IMG/VR virus record: IMGVR_UViG_3300026198_000001
Span: 7,031-71,030 of that record
DNA: 64,000 bases
Direction: 5' to 3' (one strand)
DNA from: a virus
Taxonomy: Duplodnaviria; Caudoviricetes
The notes beneath the pieces were generated by a model. That model was not told the origin of the DNA. It ran no database searches and was given only the letters and a program-made list of their open reading frames with translations. Each line of letters starts with the position of its first letter. The first letter of the stretch is position 1. Made by a program: the position numbers and the translations under genes. Below, in pieces: positions 26,491 to 34,973 of this stretch.

Positions 26491-27075
26491 TTACATATCC
26501 CCCTCAGACGACCACTCTTTCGTCAGCTGTTCTTTTCCATGAGCAACTATCCCATCCATGTCAATGTCATCCTCTATCGGAGGCTTTGCCCCATCCAACC
26601 CTCTGCGTGACAACTCTCTGGACAGTGCCTGATAGTACTTCGAGTACACATTCAGCAAAGCAGCAAGCAATGTGTACCGTGCTTTGGCTATTTCATAGTC
26701 TGCTCTAATCTGAGCATTGTCTACGTAAATCACAGCTTTCCGTTGTTCATCACTCATGCCACCTTCAGCCACCATCTTTACATACTGCTTCTTGCGTTCG
26801 AACTCATACTTGTTACCTTTGGCAGTCTTCGTGATGTCTGCCCGGGCTACCTCGAACTGTGCATATGCCATAACAGTAGACCAGACTCCTAACAGCTCAC
26901 CCAGCTGGTCACTCGTCAGCATGGACAGGTCGTTTGGGAACTCTAAATTCTCTATGTCCCCACCTGACCAGTTCTTGGGTAGAGGAAATTTCCTCCCTAT
27001 GACAAAACTCATCGCTTCACGTAACGCCCTTGTCTCTTCCTCAACTTGTGCATCTTTGTTCTCTTCTTTTGCCAT
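26491..27075 (-). CDS. Hypothetical helical protein (possibly a UvsY-like recombination mediator)
   Basis: Long amphipathic helices; recombination gene context. Confidence 0.4.
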   Translation of the reverse strand: MAKEENKDAQVEEETRALREAMSFVIGRKFPLPKNWSGGDIENLEFPNDLSMLTSDQLGELLGVWSTVMAYAQFEVARADITKTAKGNKYEFERKKQYVKMVAEGGMSDEQRKAVIYVDNAQIRADYEIAKARYTLLAALLNVYSKYYQALSRELSRRGLDGAKPPIEDDIDMDGIVAHGKEQLTKEWSSEGDM

Positions 27076-27078
27076 TCG

Positions 27079-28044
27079 TTATACCTCCTCAAAGCATGCG
27101 TCTCTTGCAAAGCACTTCTTCGCTCTTGAGCAACCTTTGGTCGTACAGTGCTTGAGCCTATCAGGTGTCACACCTTGCCTGTACCAGTCCAGTGTCTGCT
27201 GTAGCATGGCTCTCTTGTCTGCAATCATGTCATCTTCATCATCTACATCCATGTGCGTAACAGTAATCCCCGCCGGCATCTTAAACGGTGTGCTTGCGTC
27301 AAGCCAGTATTCCTTCATTGCCTGCGTATCCTTATTCATATACAGAATCGTTGCACCTTCATACGGCATCCTAACAAACTGCAACAGGCCATGTACGTCA
27401 GAACCTTCTTCTTGCATTGCCAGCAACTCCTGCTCAAACACTATGTCCTGCCTCCTCAGCGTGTCCAAGTACAACAATACCTGTTCCTTATGCACATCAA
27501 GTGGCTCAACTAGGCTGTCAAACGTTCTACTGTTTGCAGTCTTGAACTCGAACACAGTCTTTCCACGGTCAAGCCACAGGATACCATCTGTCTTACCATG
27601 CAAACATAGCTCGTCATCTGTAACAGCAAACTCCGCATATTCAAACTTTGCTTTATGCGGTGTATTCATCGGACATATCTGTTCAGCATTCGGCTTGAAT
27701 CCGTAGAACATACAACGTCCTTCCATGCACCATCTTTTACACTTCCACATACCCATGAGCCTGCCTGTCTCACTCAAGCGTTCCTGTACCAGCGTATGCA
27801 GTGCAGAACCTACGTCAAACCGCCACTTTGTCTGAACATTGGGAGCACCATTCAAATACAGACTTTTGTCGTGCATGCCAAATATCCATGCCCTCGGGCA
27901 GAAGTCACCACAAACCTCGGACGGATGGAAACAATCTCGTCTTCTCTTCATTGAGTCCAGTTTACTTGCCAATATCACTGCCTCATTCAATACTGGGATT
28001 ACATAGCCACCACGTTCCTTGTTCTTAATCAAGTCTTTTAGCAT
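27079..28044 (-). CDS. Cas4-like PD-(D/E)XK exonuclease
   Basis: FHPSEVC...CPR, GKTDG, FEFKT, QxxxY and C-terminal CxxxxCxxxxxC cluster. Confidence 0.75.
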   Translation of the reverse strand: MLKDLIKNKERGGYVIPVLNEAVILASKLDSMKRRRDCFHPSEVCGDFCPRAWIFGMHDKSLYLNGAPNVQTKWRFDVGSALHTLVQERLSETGRLMGMWKCKRWCMEGRCMFYGFKPNAEQICPMNTPHKAKFEYAEFAVTDDELCLHGKTDGILWLDRGKTVFEFKTANSRTFDSLVEPLDVHKEQVLLYLDTLRRQDIVFEQELLAMQEEGSDVHGLLQFVRMPYEGATILYMNKDTQAMKEYWLDASTPFKMPAGITVTHMDVDDEDDMIADKRAMLQQTLDWYRQGVTPDRLKHCTTKGCSRAKKCFARDACFEEV

Positions 28045-28049
28045 TCAAT

Positions 28050-28646
28050 CTACTCCATTTCCCTCAAAACTTCCTTCAGCTTGCATACTGCGTTCAGTGA
28101 GAGCCGACTTACATAACTTTGAGAAAGCCCTAACTTTTCTGCTATCTCACCACAGGTCAACCCACCAATCCTTAGCATCAAGCACTCACCCTCCAGCCTA
28201 GTAACCTCATTCAAAGTCCCACATGACATTTCTATAAGCATTGCTACCTCTACTAGGTCGTCTGTACTCGAACTGTTGTCAGCAAGCATACCTATCACAT
28301 CTATAAAGCCATTTTCCAGTTCAATGACGGCCCCAACATATTCAATCTTAAACTCTTTCTTCTCTTGTCTTAGGTACATTCGTATCTGGTTATCCACTGC
28401 CCGGGCAAGGTACGACTTGAACTTACCCTTCGTTTCGTCAAAGTTACCTCTGACGCACTTCATCAAGGCAAGGTCTGCTTCCCCTATTGCGTCATCTGCT
28501 GAAATCACGCCTCTCCTGACCCATTCGTAAGCAATGCTGTATGCTAGGCGTGAGTACTGCTTTACCAACTGCTCTATACTCTGTGCATCCCCAGCTCTCG
28601 CTTTTTCAAAAACCCCTCCTGTCAATCCAACACACCACCCCCGCAT
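28050..28646 (-). CDS. RNA polymerase sigma factor, SigE/SigK-like
   Basis: FDETKGKFKSYLARAVDNQIRMYLR (region 2) and EIAEKLGLSQSYVSRL (region 4.2). Confidence 0.85.
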   Translation of the reverse strand: MRGWCVGLTGGVFEKARAGDAQSIEQLVKQYSRLAYSIAYEWVRRGVISADDAIGEADLALMKCVRGNFDETKGKFKSYLARAVDNQIRMYLRQEKKEFKIEYVGAVIELENGFIDVIGMLADNSSSTDDLVEVAMLIEMSCGTLNEVTRLEGECLMLRIGGLTCGEIAEKLGLSQSYVSRLSLNAVCKLKEVLREME

Positions 28647-28658
28647 TTAATAGCATCT

Positions 28659-28676
28659 TGGGTGGCATGCCACCCA
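28659..28676. promoter_or_regulatory. Perfect 18-bp palindrome upstream of the sigma gene
   Basis: TGGGTGGCATGCCACCCA is its own reverse complement. Confidence 0.5.
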
Positions 28677-28699
28677 GTTCGAATATTCATGCAAATCTA

Positions 28700-28733
28700 A
28701 CAAAGCGAGGTGCACTTTCTGGTGCACCCCGCC
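28700..28733 (-). terminator. Rho-independent terminator
   Basis: GCGGGGTGCAC-CAGAAA-GTGCACCTCGC followed by TTTGTT on the minus strand. Confidence 0.75.
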
Positions 28734-28740
28734 TTTATCC

Positions 28741-29850
28741 CTAAGCCGCATGTAACATGAGCTTACGGACCAACTCCCCTGCATACTTTTCAAACTGGTA
28801 CTGTCTTGTGACTGAAAACTTCTGAGCGACTTCAGTGATAGCCCCTGCTATTCCCCAAGCGTTGGTGTCCCATCTTTCCTCCATAACATCGAAAATCTCA
28901 CTGACAGTTTCTTCTCCGACACCCAAACTGGTTTTCAACTGTGTACGCAGTCTTACTTGCTCATCAACCTGTAGCCTTCTCAACCGTGCTTGTTCCATAT
29001 CTTTTCTGGCTTCTGCGACATACGCTGGGAACTGTTCTATGGTTGCGGCAATCTGTCTCGTGAAGTCTTCTTTATCTATGCTGAAGTGCTTACGTCTGTA
29101 AACAACCCCTCTGTCTTCAGAGACAATCAGTCCGTTCGTACAAGCGAACGTGTAAATCATAAACTCCACAGAAGCTACGGATAATCCTGTTTGTCCATTT
29201 CTGTACAGCATCCCTGCGGTAGACAGGTCTCTTCCCTGACTTGCATCGTGGAGCACGACCTTTTCAGTGTCCACAAGGCGCAAACTTAGCGTGTCTACTG
29301 TCAACGAATGTGCTTCAATCTGATACTGTCCACTTGAACCAAGAGCTTTATTCAAGCAGTCAAGGGCATCGCCGTGGTCAAAAACTCCATACTTATCAGA
29401 AAGAACAGCTATAACGGTATCCCCACAGACCCGAACCAGTATTTTCTTGTCTCCCTGTAAGCCAAGCCATCTGTTCAGGTTCTCAGATACCAGCGAAGCA
29501 ATATGGTAAGACTGTGCTAAGCATTTCTTCATATACGAAGTCACACCCATACCACTTTTCTCACAAAGCTGGCTAAATGCCGTATTCGTTAGCCAGTATC
29601 CTACACCCCTAACGATGAGCTGTGGCGAGAACATACTGTTCACACTCTCAGCGTCTGAGACATACACATACAAGCTATCCGCTGGCACATACATATCTAC
29701 AATGGCATCCTGCATTGCCTGTGCCTGCTGATACAGGTCGGTCCCTCTAATTGTCTTGATTGCTGTCGTGTTCAACGGCAATCTTGTCAGTCTTCTTGCA
29801 TCCTCGTCTGTCCCTAAACGATATGCAGATAAATCAAGTACTTGTGTCAT
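28741..29850 (-). CDS. DUF932-like protein
   Basis: LTNTAFSQLC, AVLSDKYGVFDH, NGQTG..ASVEFMIYTFACTNGL; start placed at MTQV (29850). Confidence 0.7.
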   Translation of the reverse strand: MTQVLDLSAYRLGTDEDARRLTRLPLNTTAIKTIRGTDLYQQAQAMQDAIVDMYVPADSLYVYVSDAESVNSMFSPQLIVRGVGYWLTNTAFSQLCEKSGMGVTSYMKKCLAQSYHIASLVSENLNRWLGLQGDKKILVRVCGDTVIAVLSDKYGVFDHGDALDCLNKALGSSGQYQIEAHSLTVDTLSLRLVDTEKVVLHDASQGRDLSTAGMLYRNGQTGLSVASVEFMIYTFACTNGLIVSEDRGVVYRRKHFSIDKEDFTRQIAATIEQFPAYVAEARKDMEQARLRRLQVDEQVRLRTQLKTSLGVGEETVSEIFDVMEERWDTNAWGIAGAITEVAQKFSVTRQYQFEKYAGELVRKLMLHAA

Positions 29851-29869
29851 TACACTTCTCCTTTCACAT

Positions 29870-30097
29870 CTAAACCAGTACCACCTCAACCTTTCGGTCA
29901 ACCAGTGCACTTAAATCCTTCTCAACCTCTGCTACAGACAGGCTAAGTCTATTTACGTCTTTTTCTCGCAGTTCAATAATTACAACATATCTTCCAACGT
30001 CTACCTTCTGCGGAATCACGTTAAACATATAAATCACCCTGTCTCGAATCTTCTGCTGTTTCAACGCAATTTCCATAATTTTCTCACCTCTGTTCAA
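29870..30097 (-). CDS. Hypothetical protein
   Basis: 75 aa ORF. Confidence 0.4.
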   Translation of the reverse strand: MNRGEKIMEIALKQQKIRDRVIYMFNVIPQKVDVGRYVVIIELREKDVNRLSLSVAEVEKDLSALVDRKVEVVLV

Positions 30098-30129
30098 ACC
30101 ATACCATATACTGCGTTCTTTGTCCAGAA

Positions 30130-30558
30130 CTATTCATTATCTTCTAGTTCAAAGTACTCCCGCAACTTCTCTAACGGAATCATCGCCCACTGCTTCGACC
30201 CAAAGGACATGGTTTCGAACTCAATGACTAATACAGGTTCTCTCCCTGCTTCGAAAGCTTGCTTCTCCAGTTTATCCAACCAAGCTTCTGTAATCTTGAT
30301 ACTTTTCGCCTGTGTACTTTTCTTCTCAATCAAGCGTTTGTACCCTCGTTCTCTTACCCTCCCTTCTCGGCTGAATCCATGTAATACGTCACCCTTCGTC
30401 CTACCTTTTCCTGACCCGGGCGTAAGCGTACCACCTAGAACTCGGCTCGTCCGTCTTTCACCTTTCTTGCCAATTTCATTGGCTGTATATGAACCCAACA
30501 CAGGCTCAGGCTTGCCATCACGTTTCTTCTTAACTGCCATGACTACTTCCAAGAACAC
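30130..30558 (-). CDS. Hjc-like Holliday junction resolvase/endonuclease
   Basis: GKKGE...TPGSG...KGD...IEKKST. Confidence 0.7.
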   Translation of the reverse strand: MFLEVVMAVKKKRDGKPEPVLGSYTANEIGKKGERRTSRVLGGTLTPGSGKGRTKGDVLHGFSREGRVRERGYKRLIEKKSTQAKSIKITEAWLDKLEKQAFEAGREPVLVIEFETMSFGSKQWAMIPLEKLREYFELEDNE

Positions 30559-31672
30559 ACTGCATTACCTTCTGTGCTATACTGTCGGCTATATCTGGTC
30601 GTGTGTCTAAAGCTTGAACAAACTTCTCTTCGCCTTGTACTTTCAACTCTTCACCGTCTTCTGTAACGTAGCTGTACCATGAACCCTGCTTCTGTGCTAC
30701 TCCGTAGCGAACTCCATACTTGACAATGCTTAGCTGATTGTCAATCTTGCATTTCTTTACGCCATACTCTTCTGAATCATCGGTATACAACGTGAACATG
30801 CCCTGCCTGTGCGGTGGGAACGTCTTGTTCTTCTCCACATTAAACCTTACTTGCTGACCTACTGGCTTCTTGTCACCTATGCTCTCATAGATTCTTTCAG
30901 CAGGTCTTGCAAAGAACTTGAGTGTAATGCTCGAAGCGAACGACTGCCCTCTGCCACCGGGCATTGTATCTGGTGACCCGTACATAACACCTACTTTCTC
31001 TCGAATCTGATTTATCAACAGGACTGTGGGCTTTCTTGGGTTCTCCATTCCAAGACTGTTGAACCCTGACTGTATTGCCCTCATCATCCTATTAATCAAC
31101 TTAGCGTGGACTCCCACTATCTGGTCCTCGGCAGACTTCTCAATCTCTACTGCTGGACTCATCATTGCTATGGAGTCTACAACAAGAATGTCTACCTCAC
31201 CTGTTCGTATCACGGCTTCTATTACGTCTACTGCCTGTTCAGAGAACTCTGGCTGGAACAGGTACAAGTCTGCATTATCACCACCCAGTGCTTCAAACCA
31301 TACTGGGTCAAACGTCCCTTCAATGTCACAATAGAACGCCATCATTGCCTTACCAGCCTCACCACAATTCAGACAAATCAAAGGACTGCTATTGCCATGC
31401 CTGAACATCATACTTCCACATTCTCGGCAGGTATGCTGAGCCGTGGCAACAACTTTCTGGGCTACAGTGGTCTTCCCTGTGCTTTCATTCCCAGTCATTA
31501 TCAAAATACGGCCTCTCGGTATCCCTCCACCCACCTCAACGTCAAGGCTGAAAATCCCACTTGAGAATCGTGGCAAAATCGGATACTCGTTCCCTCTTAT
31601 AACTGTGCCCTTACCATACTTCTTATCAATCTGCTTCAATACAATGTCCAGTCTATTATCTGACACTGGCAT
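30530..31672 (-). CDS. RecA/UvsX-like recombinase with a Cys4 insertion
   Basis: GGGIPRGRI..GNESTGKTT, VVDSIA, INQIREKVGVMYGSPDTMPGGRG, GSWY. Confidence 0.92.
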   Translation of the reverse strand: MPVSDNRLDIVLKQIDKKYGKGTVIRGNEYPILPRFSSGIFSLDVEVGGGIPRGRILIMTGNESTGKTTVAQKVVATAQHTCRECGSMMFRHGNSSPLICLNCGEAGKAMMAFYCDIEGTFDPVWFEALGGDNADLYLFQPEFSEQAVDVIEAVIRTGEVDILVVDSIAMMSPAVEIEKSAEDQIVGVHAKLINRMMRAIQSGFNSLGMENPRKPTVLLINQIREKVGVMYGSPDTMPGGRGQSFASSITLKFFARPAERIYESIGDKKPVGQQVRFNVEKNKTFPPHRQGMFTLYTDDSEEYGVKKCKIDNQLSIVKYGVRYGVAQKQGSWYSYVTEDGEELKVQGEEKFVQALDTRPDIADSIAQKVMQCVLGSSHGS

Positions 31673-31682
31673 CCCTCCTTAG

Positions 31683-32024
31683 CTAGTTCATCCTTTCGAA
31701 GAACTGCTCGTTCAAAAAGTACTGTGCTCGATGCGGCTTGATATGCAGGACTGAACCTTTCTTCTGCATATCTTGCAAACTGCATCGTAGTATGACTTTA
31801 CCTACTTTAATCAATAGCCATGTGACTCCACGTTCACACAAGCCATCACAGACATCACAGTCTAAACCCCACGCAGACACACCATCTCTTCTTGCTTCTT
31901 CGACTGTCGCTCTGCCAAACCTGAACAGATGCTTTGCTACATCCCTACGACAAACAAGCGTATCACCTTCTAGTCTACCTATCCTACGGCAAGTACCATC
32001 CGCATACGTAATCTCCACAAACAT
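31683..32024 (-). CDS. Hypothetical protein
   Basis: 113 aa, coupled to its neighbours. Confidence 0.5.
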   Translation of the reverse strand: MFVEITYADGTCRRIGRLEGDTLVCRRDVAKHLFRFGRATVEEARRDGVSAWGLDCDVCDGLCERGVTWLLIKVGKVILRCSLQDMQKKGSVLHIKPHRAQYFLNEQFFERMN

Positions 32025-32578
32025 TACTTACCCCCTACTGACAAAACAGTTACCTCCAAATCCTGCCGACCCCACTGCAATGCTTCTTCTCTGGTATCCA
32101 TTACTACATCAATCATAATCTTATTGGAATTGCGGAGCATGCTACCTGTGTCCTCAACCCGGGCTTCACCATAGTTTGGTATGTACAGGACTGTCCCGGC
32201 AGGAATCCTACGAAAATCAGCCGCACATAGCCCCCTACTTACCCGTACTCCCGTTGCTGTAACACTCGGGTCTCCACTGTAGTCAAAGCCGTCTACTGAC
32301 TTGGGGTCCAGTGGAGCATAACTTGCTACACAAGCAGGAATAGTCCTTAACTCCGCATTCTCAGCCTTGAGCCATGCTATCTCAGCCTTGAGCCATGCTA
32401 TCTCAGCATCTTGCATTTCAAATGCCCTTTCTACTGACTCACACTGCATCTGTACCAGTTCATCCAAAGCTTTAAGCTCGGCATATACAAACCAAAGCAC
32501 ATAGAGCAACATCAATACCAGAGCTACCTTTGCGAGTACCTTATGCGAACACTGCAATACATCAACCTCCTCTTGCAT
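32024..32578 (-). CDS. Membrane-anchored 3D-domain protein (putative lytic transglycosylase)
   Basis: N-terminal TM helix, coiled coil, TATG...AADFRRIPAGTVLYIPNYG...EDTG...IDV. Confidence 0.8.
   Translation of the reverse strand: MQEEVDVLQCSHKVLAKVALVLMLLYVLWFVYAELKALDELVQMQCESVERAFEMQDAEIAWLKAEIAWLKAENAELRTIPACVASYAPLDPKSVDGFDYSGDPSVTATGVRVSRGLCAADFRRIPAGTVLYIPNYGEARVEDTGSMLRNSNKIMIDVVMDTREEALQWGRQDLEVTVLSVGGK
32360..32407. repeat. Perfect 21-bp tandem repeat (2.3 copies), duplicated heptad AEIAWLK
   Basis: ctcagccttgagccatgctat twice, then ctcagc. Confidence 0.9.
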
Positions 32579-32593
32579 ACGCTGTAAACCCCT

Positions 32594-32899
32594 CTACAGC
32601 GTGCCCTTCACTTCTCGTACTTTGTCAAACAGCAATTTCTCTGCCAGCTTGAATGCAAACTCCTGTGCTTCTGGGACTTCTTCCTTGTAGCAAGGTATCC
32701 GCACACCTGAGTCTACCCTGAGCGATTCATAATTTCCAAGGTTAATCGTCAAACCAAGCTTCGTCTCAACCTCAGCCGGTGTGGTCGCAAACGTATCTAC
32801 ATAAATCATGCTTTCTTCTTTGCTTTCCTCACCTACAGCTTTGCCCAACTTCGTATACTGGGAACTTACAAACACCTGACCATTCCGTTTCTCTTCCAT
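32594..32899 (-). CDS. Hypothetical protein
   Basis: 101 aa, LGLTINLGNYESLRVD motif. Confidence 0.55.
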   Translation of the reverse strand: MEEKRNGQVFVSSQYTKLGKAVGEESKEESMIYVDTFATTPAEVETKLGLTINLGNYESLRVDSGVRIPCYKEEVPEAQEFAFKLAEKLLFDKVREVKGTL

Positions 32900-32945
32900 C
32901 TCGACTCCTCACTTTCCATTCTTATGCTTTTATTCTATAGCAAAG

Positions 32946-33851
32946 CTATTTCAGCTCTGTTACAGTCACCTTGTCAACCCACCTTCCACATCGCTGGCAG
33001 GTAGCTCTTACTGCGTGCTCATCAACTGCTTCTAGCTCATCATACAAAGCCTCTCCACAGTTCTTGCATGTACCCGCTACAAGGAACCTCTTCTGCTCCT
33101 GCCTGCCATGCACATCCAATGGACTCATGCAACAAAAACAGCTTACTGTTACCCATCTACCTTCTACTAAGTGCTGAAGGGACGGAGTTCTGTGGCAAAA
33201 GGGGCACGGTGCAGGGTCAAACCTCCAGCTGTCTCGATACATAGGCTCAATCCCATCAGGTTGTAGTGCTTCCAACCCTTCATTAACTAGCATGAAGAAT
33301 GGATGCGCACTAAAATCCTGAACCTCGAAACTAAGCCAATGCCTATTCTCAACAAACAACCGCATCTGGTCTTCTGTGAACACTCTGTAGTTCTGCCCAC
33401 TTCTGTGCATCACATCAGCAAGGTAACCACGCAAAAACCACAACCTCAACGTCTGAGTACTCCTTCGTACCACCTCAGCTACCTTTCTCGAGTAGAACAC
33501 AGGCACTTCATACGTACAAGGATACCGAAGGTCTAACTCATTCTGAATCGTCAATGAGAGCATCGTATCTGGTATCAGCTCCAGCTCTTCATAGTCAGCT
33601 TTGTTCAAACCAATGCTCTTTGCTCTTCGTTGCTTCAGCCAGTAATACCGCTTTGCCTCCAACTTCTTCTGCTTCCGATACTCTTCGTCTTCGCCATACT
33701 TGGTCTTCCTGCGTTCAGATACCTTATCCTTGTTCTCGGCATACCATTTCTTGAATGAAAAACCTTCTTCTAGCTCCTCGCTTGCCTGCTCGCACTTGAC
33801 ACACACATGATTCTCCTTTGCGTCTTCTCCGCAGTACATGCACTTCGTCAT
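32946..33851 (-). CDS. Zn-finger + MerR-type HTH protein (putative regulator)
   Basis: Multiple CxxC pairs; KVAEVVRRSTQTLRLW...NYRVFTEDQM. Confidence 0.6.
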   Translation of the reverse strand: MTKCMYCGEDAKENHVCVKCEQASEELEEGFSFKKWYAENKDKVSERRKTKYGEDEEYRKQKKLEAKRYYWLKQRRAKSIGLNKADYEELELIPDTMLSLTIQNELDLRYPCTYEVPVFYSRKVAEVVRRSTQTLRLWFLRGYLADVMHRSGQNYRVFTEDQMRLFVENRHWLSFEVQDFSAHPFFMLVNEGLEALQPDGIEPMYRDSWRFDPAPCPFCHRTPSLQHLVEGRWVTVSCFCCMSPLDVHGRQEQKRFLVAGTCKNCGEALYDELEAVDEHAVRATCQRCGRWVDKVTVTELK

Positions 33852-33860
33852 CCTAATCCC

Positions 33861-34496
33861 TCATTTCTTTTTCGCTTTAACCTCTTTGACTGCGTACTGG
33901 ATACCAACATCCATGACTTTCGCCACGTCACTGGTCTCAATCTTCTCCAGTGCTACAAGAGCCTCAACCCTTGCTTCTGTAACAACTTGAGTCACTTCAA
34001 ACAAGGCTTTCATTTCTGCCAAGTCCTGTTCTACAACCTTCTTGCTATCCAGCGTATGAAACAATTTCTTGTAAACTGTGTCAATTAACTCAAGCACTTT
34101 TGCAGGGTCTGTACAGGTAACACGCTGTTCACTACCCAAAGCCAACAAATCCTTCTCTTTGAGCAATTCCTCTGCCTTTTCAGCATTAAACTTAGCATAA
34201 ACCCTCTTCTCTGCCTTCAGTGCATCGCCTTCAACACCAGCCAAGTACAAGTGACCTTTCTCATCTGCCCTCCCTTCAGACAGGAACCTTCCCTTCATCG
34301 TAGCATTGTCCACCAGCTCCTTCTTAGCCGCATCAGTGAACGTTTCGATTCTCTTAACAAAGGTGTTCGCCAATCTAAACCCAGTAACTAAATCCGGCGT
34401 GGGCATGGTCGGGATATGCTCTACTAGAGCTTCGAGCATATCCACATCTCTTCTGGTCTTCAGTACGTGTTCTACAATTGCCAATTCTTTGCTCAT
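33861..34496 (-). CDS. Hypothetical helical protein
   Basis: 211 aa ORF. Confidence 0.5.
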   Translation of the reverse strand: MSKELAIVEHVLKTRRDVDMLEALVEHIPTMPTPDLVTGFRLANTFVKRIETFTDAAKKELVDNATMKGRFLSEGRADEKGHLYLAGVEGDALKAEKRVYAKFNAEKAEELLKEKDLLALGSEQRVTCTDPAKVLELIDTVYKKLFHTLDSKKVVEQDLAEMKALFEVTQVVTEARVEALVALEKIETSDVAKVMDVGIQYAVKEVKAKKK

Positions 34497-34777
34497 CTGT
34501 TTTCCTCCTCTTTTTCAAATAATTCAAGTTCAGCAAGCAGGTAAGTATTCCCGCTTAACCATTCAATGTACTGCATCCTTTCATCCATACTGGTCTCATC
34601 AGCATACATCCGTAACAGGCATTGCATATTGCTTGCCACAAACGCTTTCAGTTCAGCTATAGTCGGGTCTTCTTTTGCATCTGTGTCTTCGTAGTCACTA
34701 ACCAGTTCTCTCAACTGCTTGGGTACGTCATCCCATCCGTATCTTTTTTCTACTTTCCCTACTGTACTTTTACTCAT
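34493..34777 (-). CDS. Hypothetical protein
   Basis: 94 aa, directly behind a promoter repeat. Confidence 0.5.
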   Translation of the reverse strand: MSKSTVGKVEKRYGWDDVPKQLRELVSDYEDTDAKEDPTIAELKAFVASNMQCLLRMYADETSMDERMQYIEWLSGNTYLLAELELFEKEEENR

Positions 34778-34816
34778 CTTTTGCCCATCTCCTTCTGTGT
34801 TTTTTTGTTTTCTTTT

Positions 34817-34845
34817 ATCTTAACATATAGTGGGGTCTTTGTCAA
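34817..34845 (-). promoter_or_regulatory. sigmaA promoter repeat
   Basis: TTGACA AAGACCCCACTATATGT TAAGAT, followed by AAAAGAAAACAAAA. Confidence 0.85.
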
Positions 34846-34885
34846 GCAAATGAGCAAAATTTTACAGATATACCAAGTGGCTTCT

Positions 34886-34973
34886 AAAAAGCAGGTCGTA
34901 AAATGCGTTGTGGTGCACGAAAACGTCAGGGGTAATGGTTTTGGTTGTGGGCTTTTCAATTATTTCGTTAGAA
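34886..34973. repeat. Bipartite repeat copy 2
   Basis: Matches 16430-16517. Confidence 0.85.
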
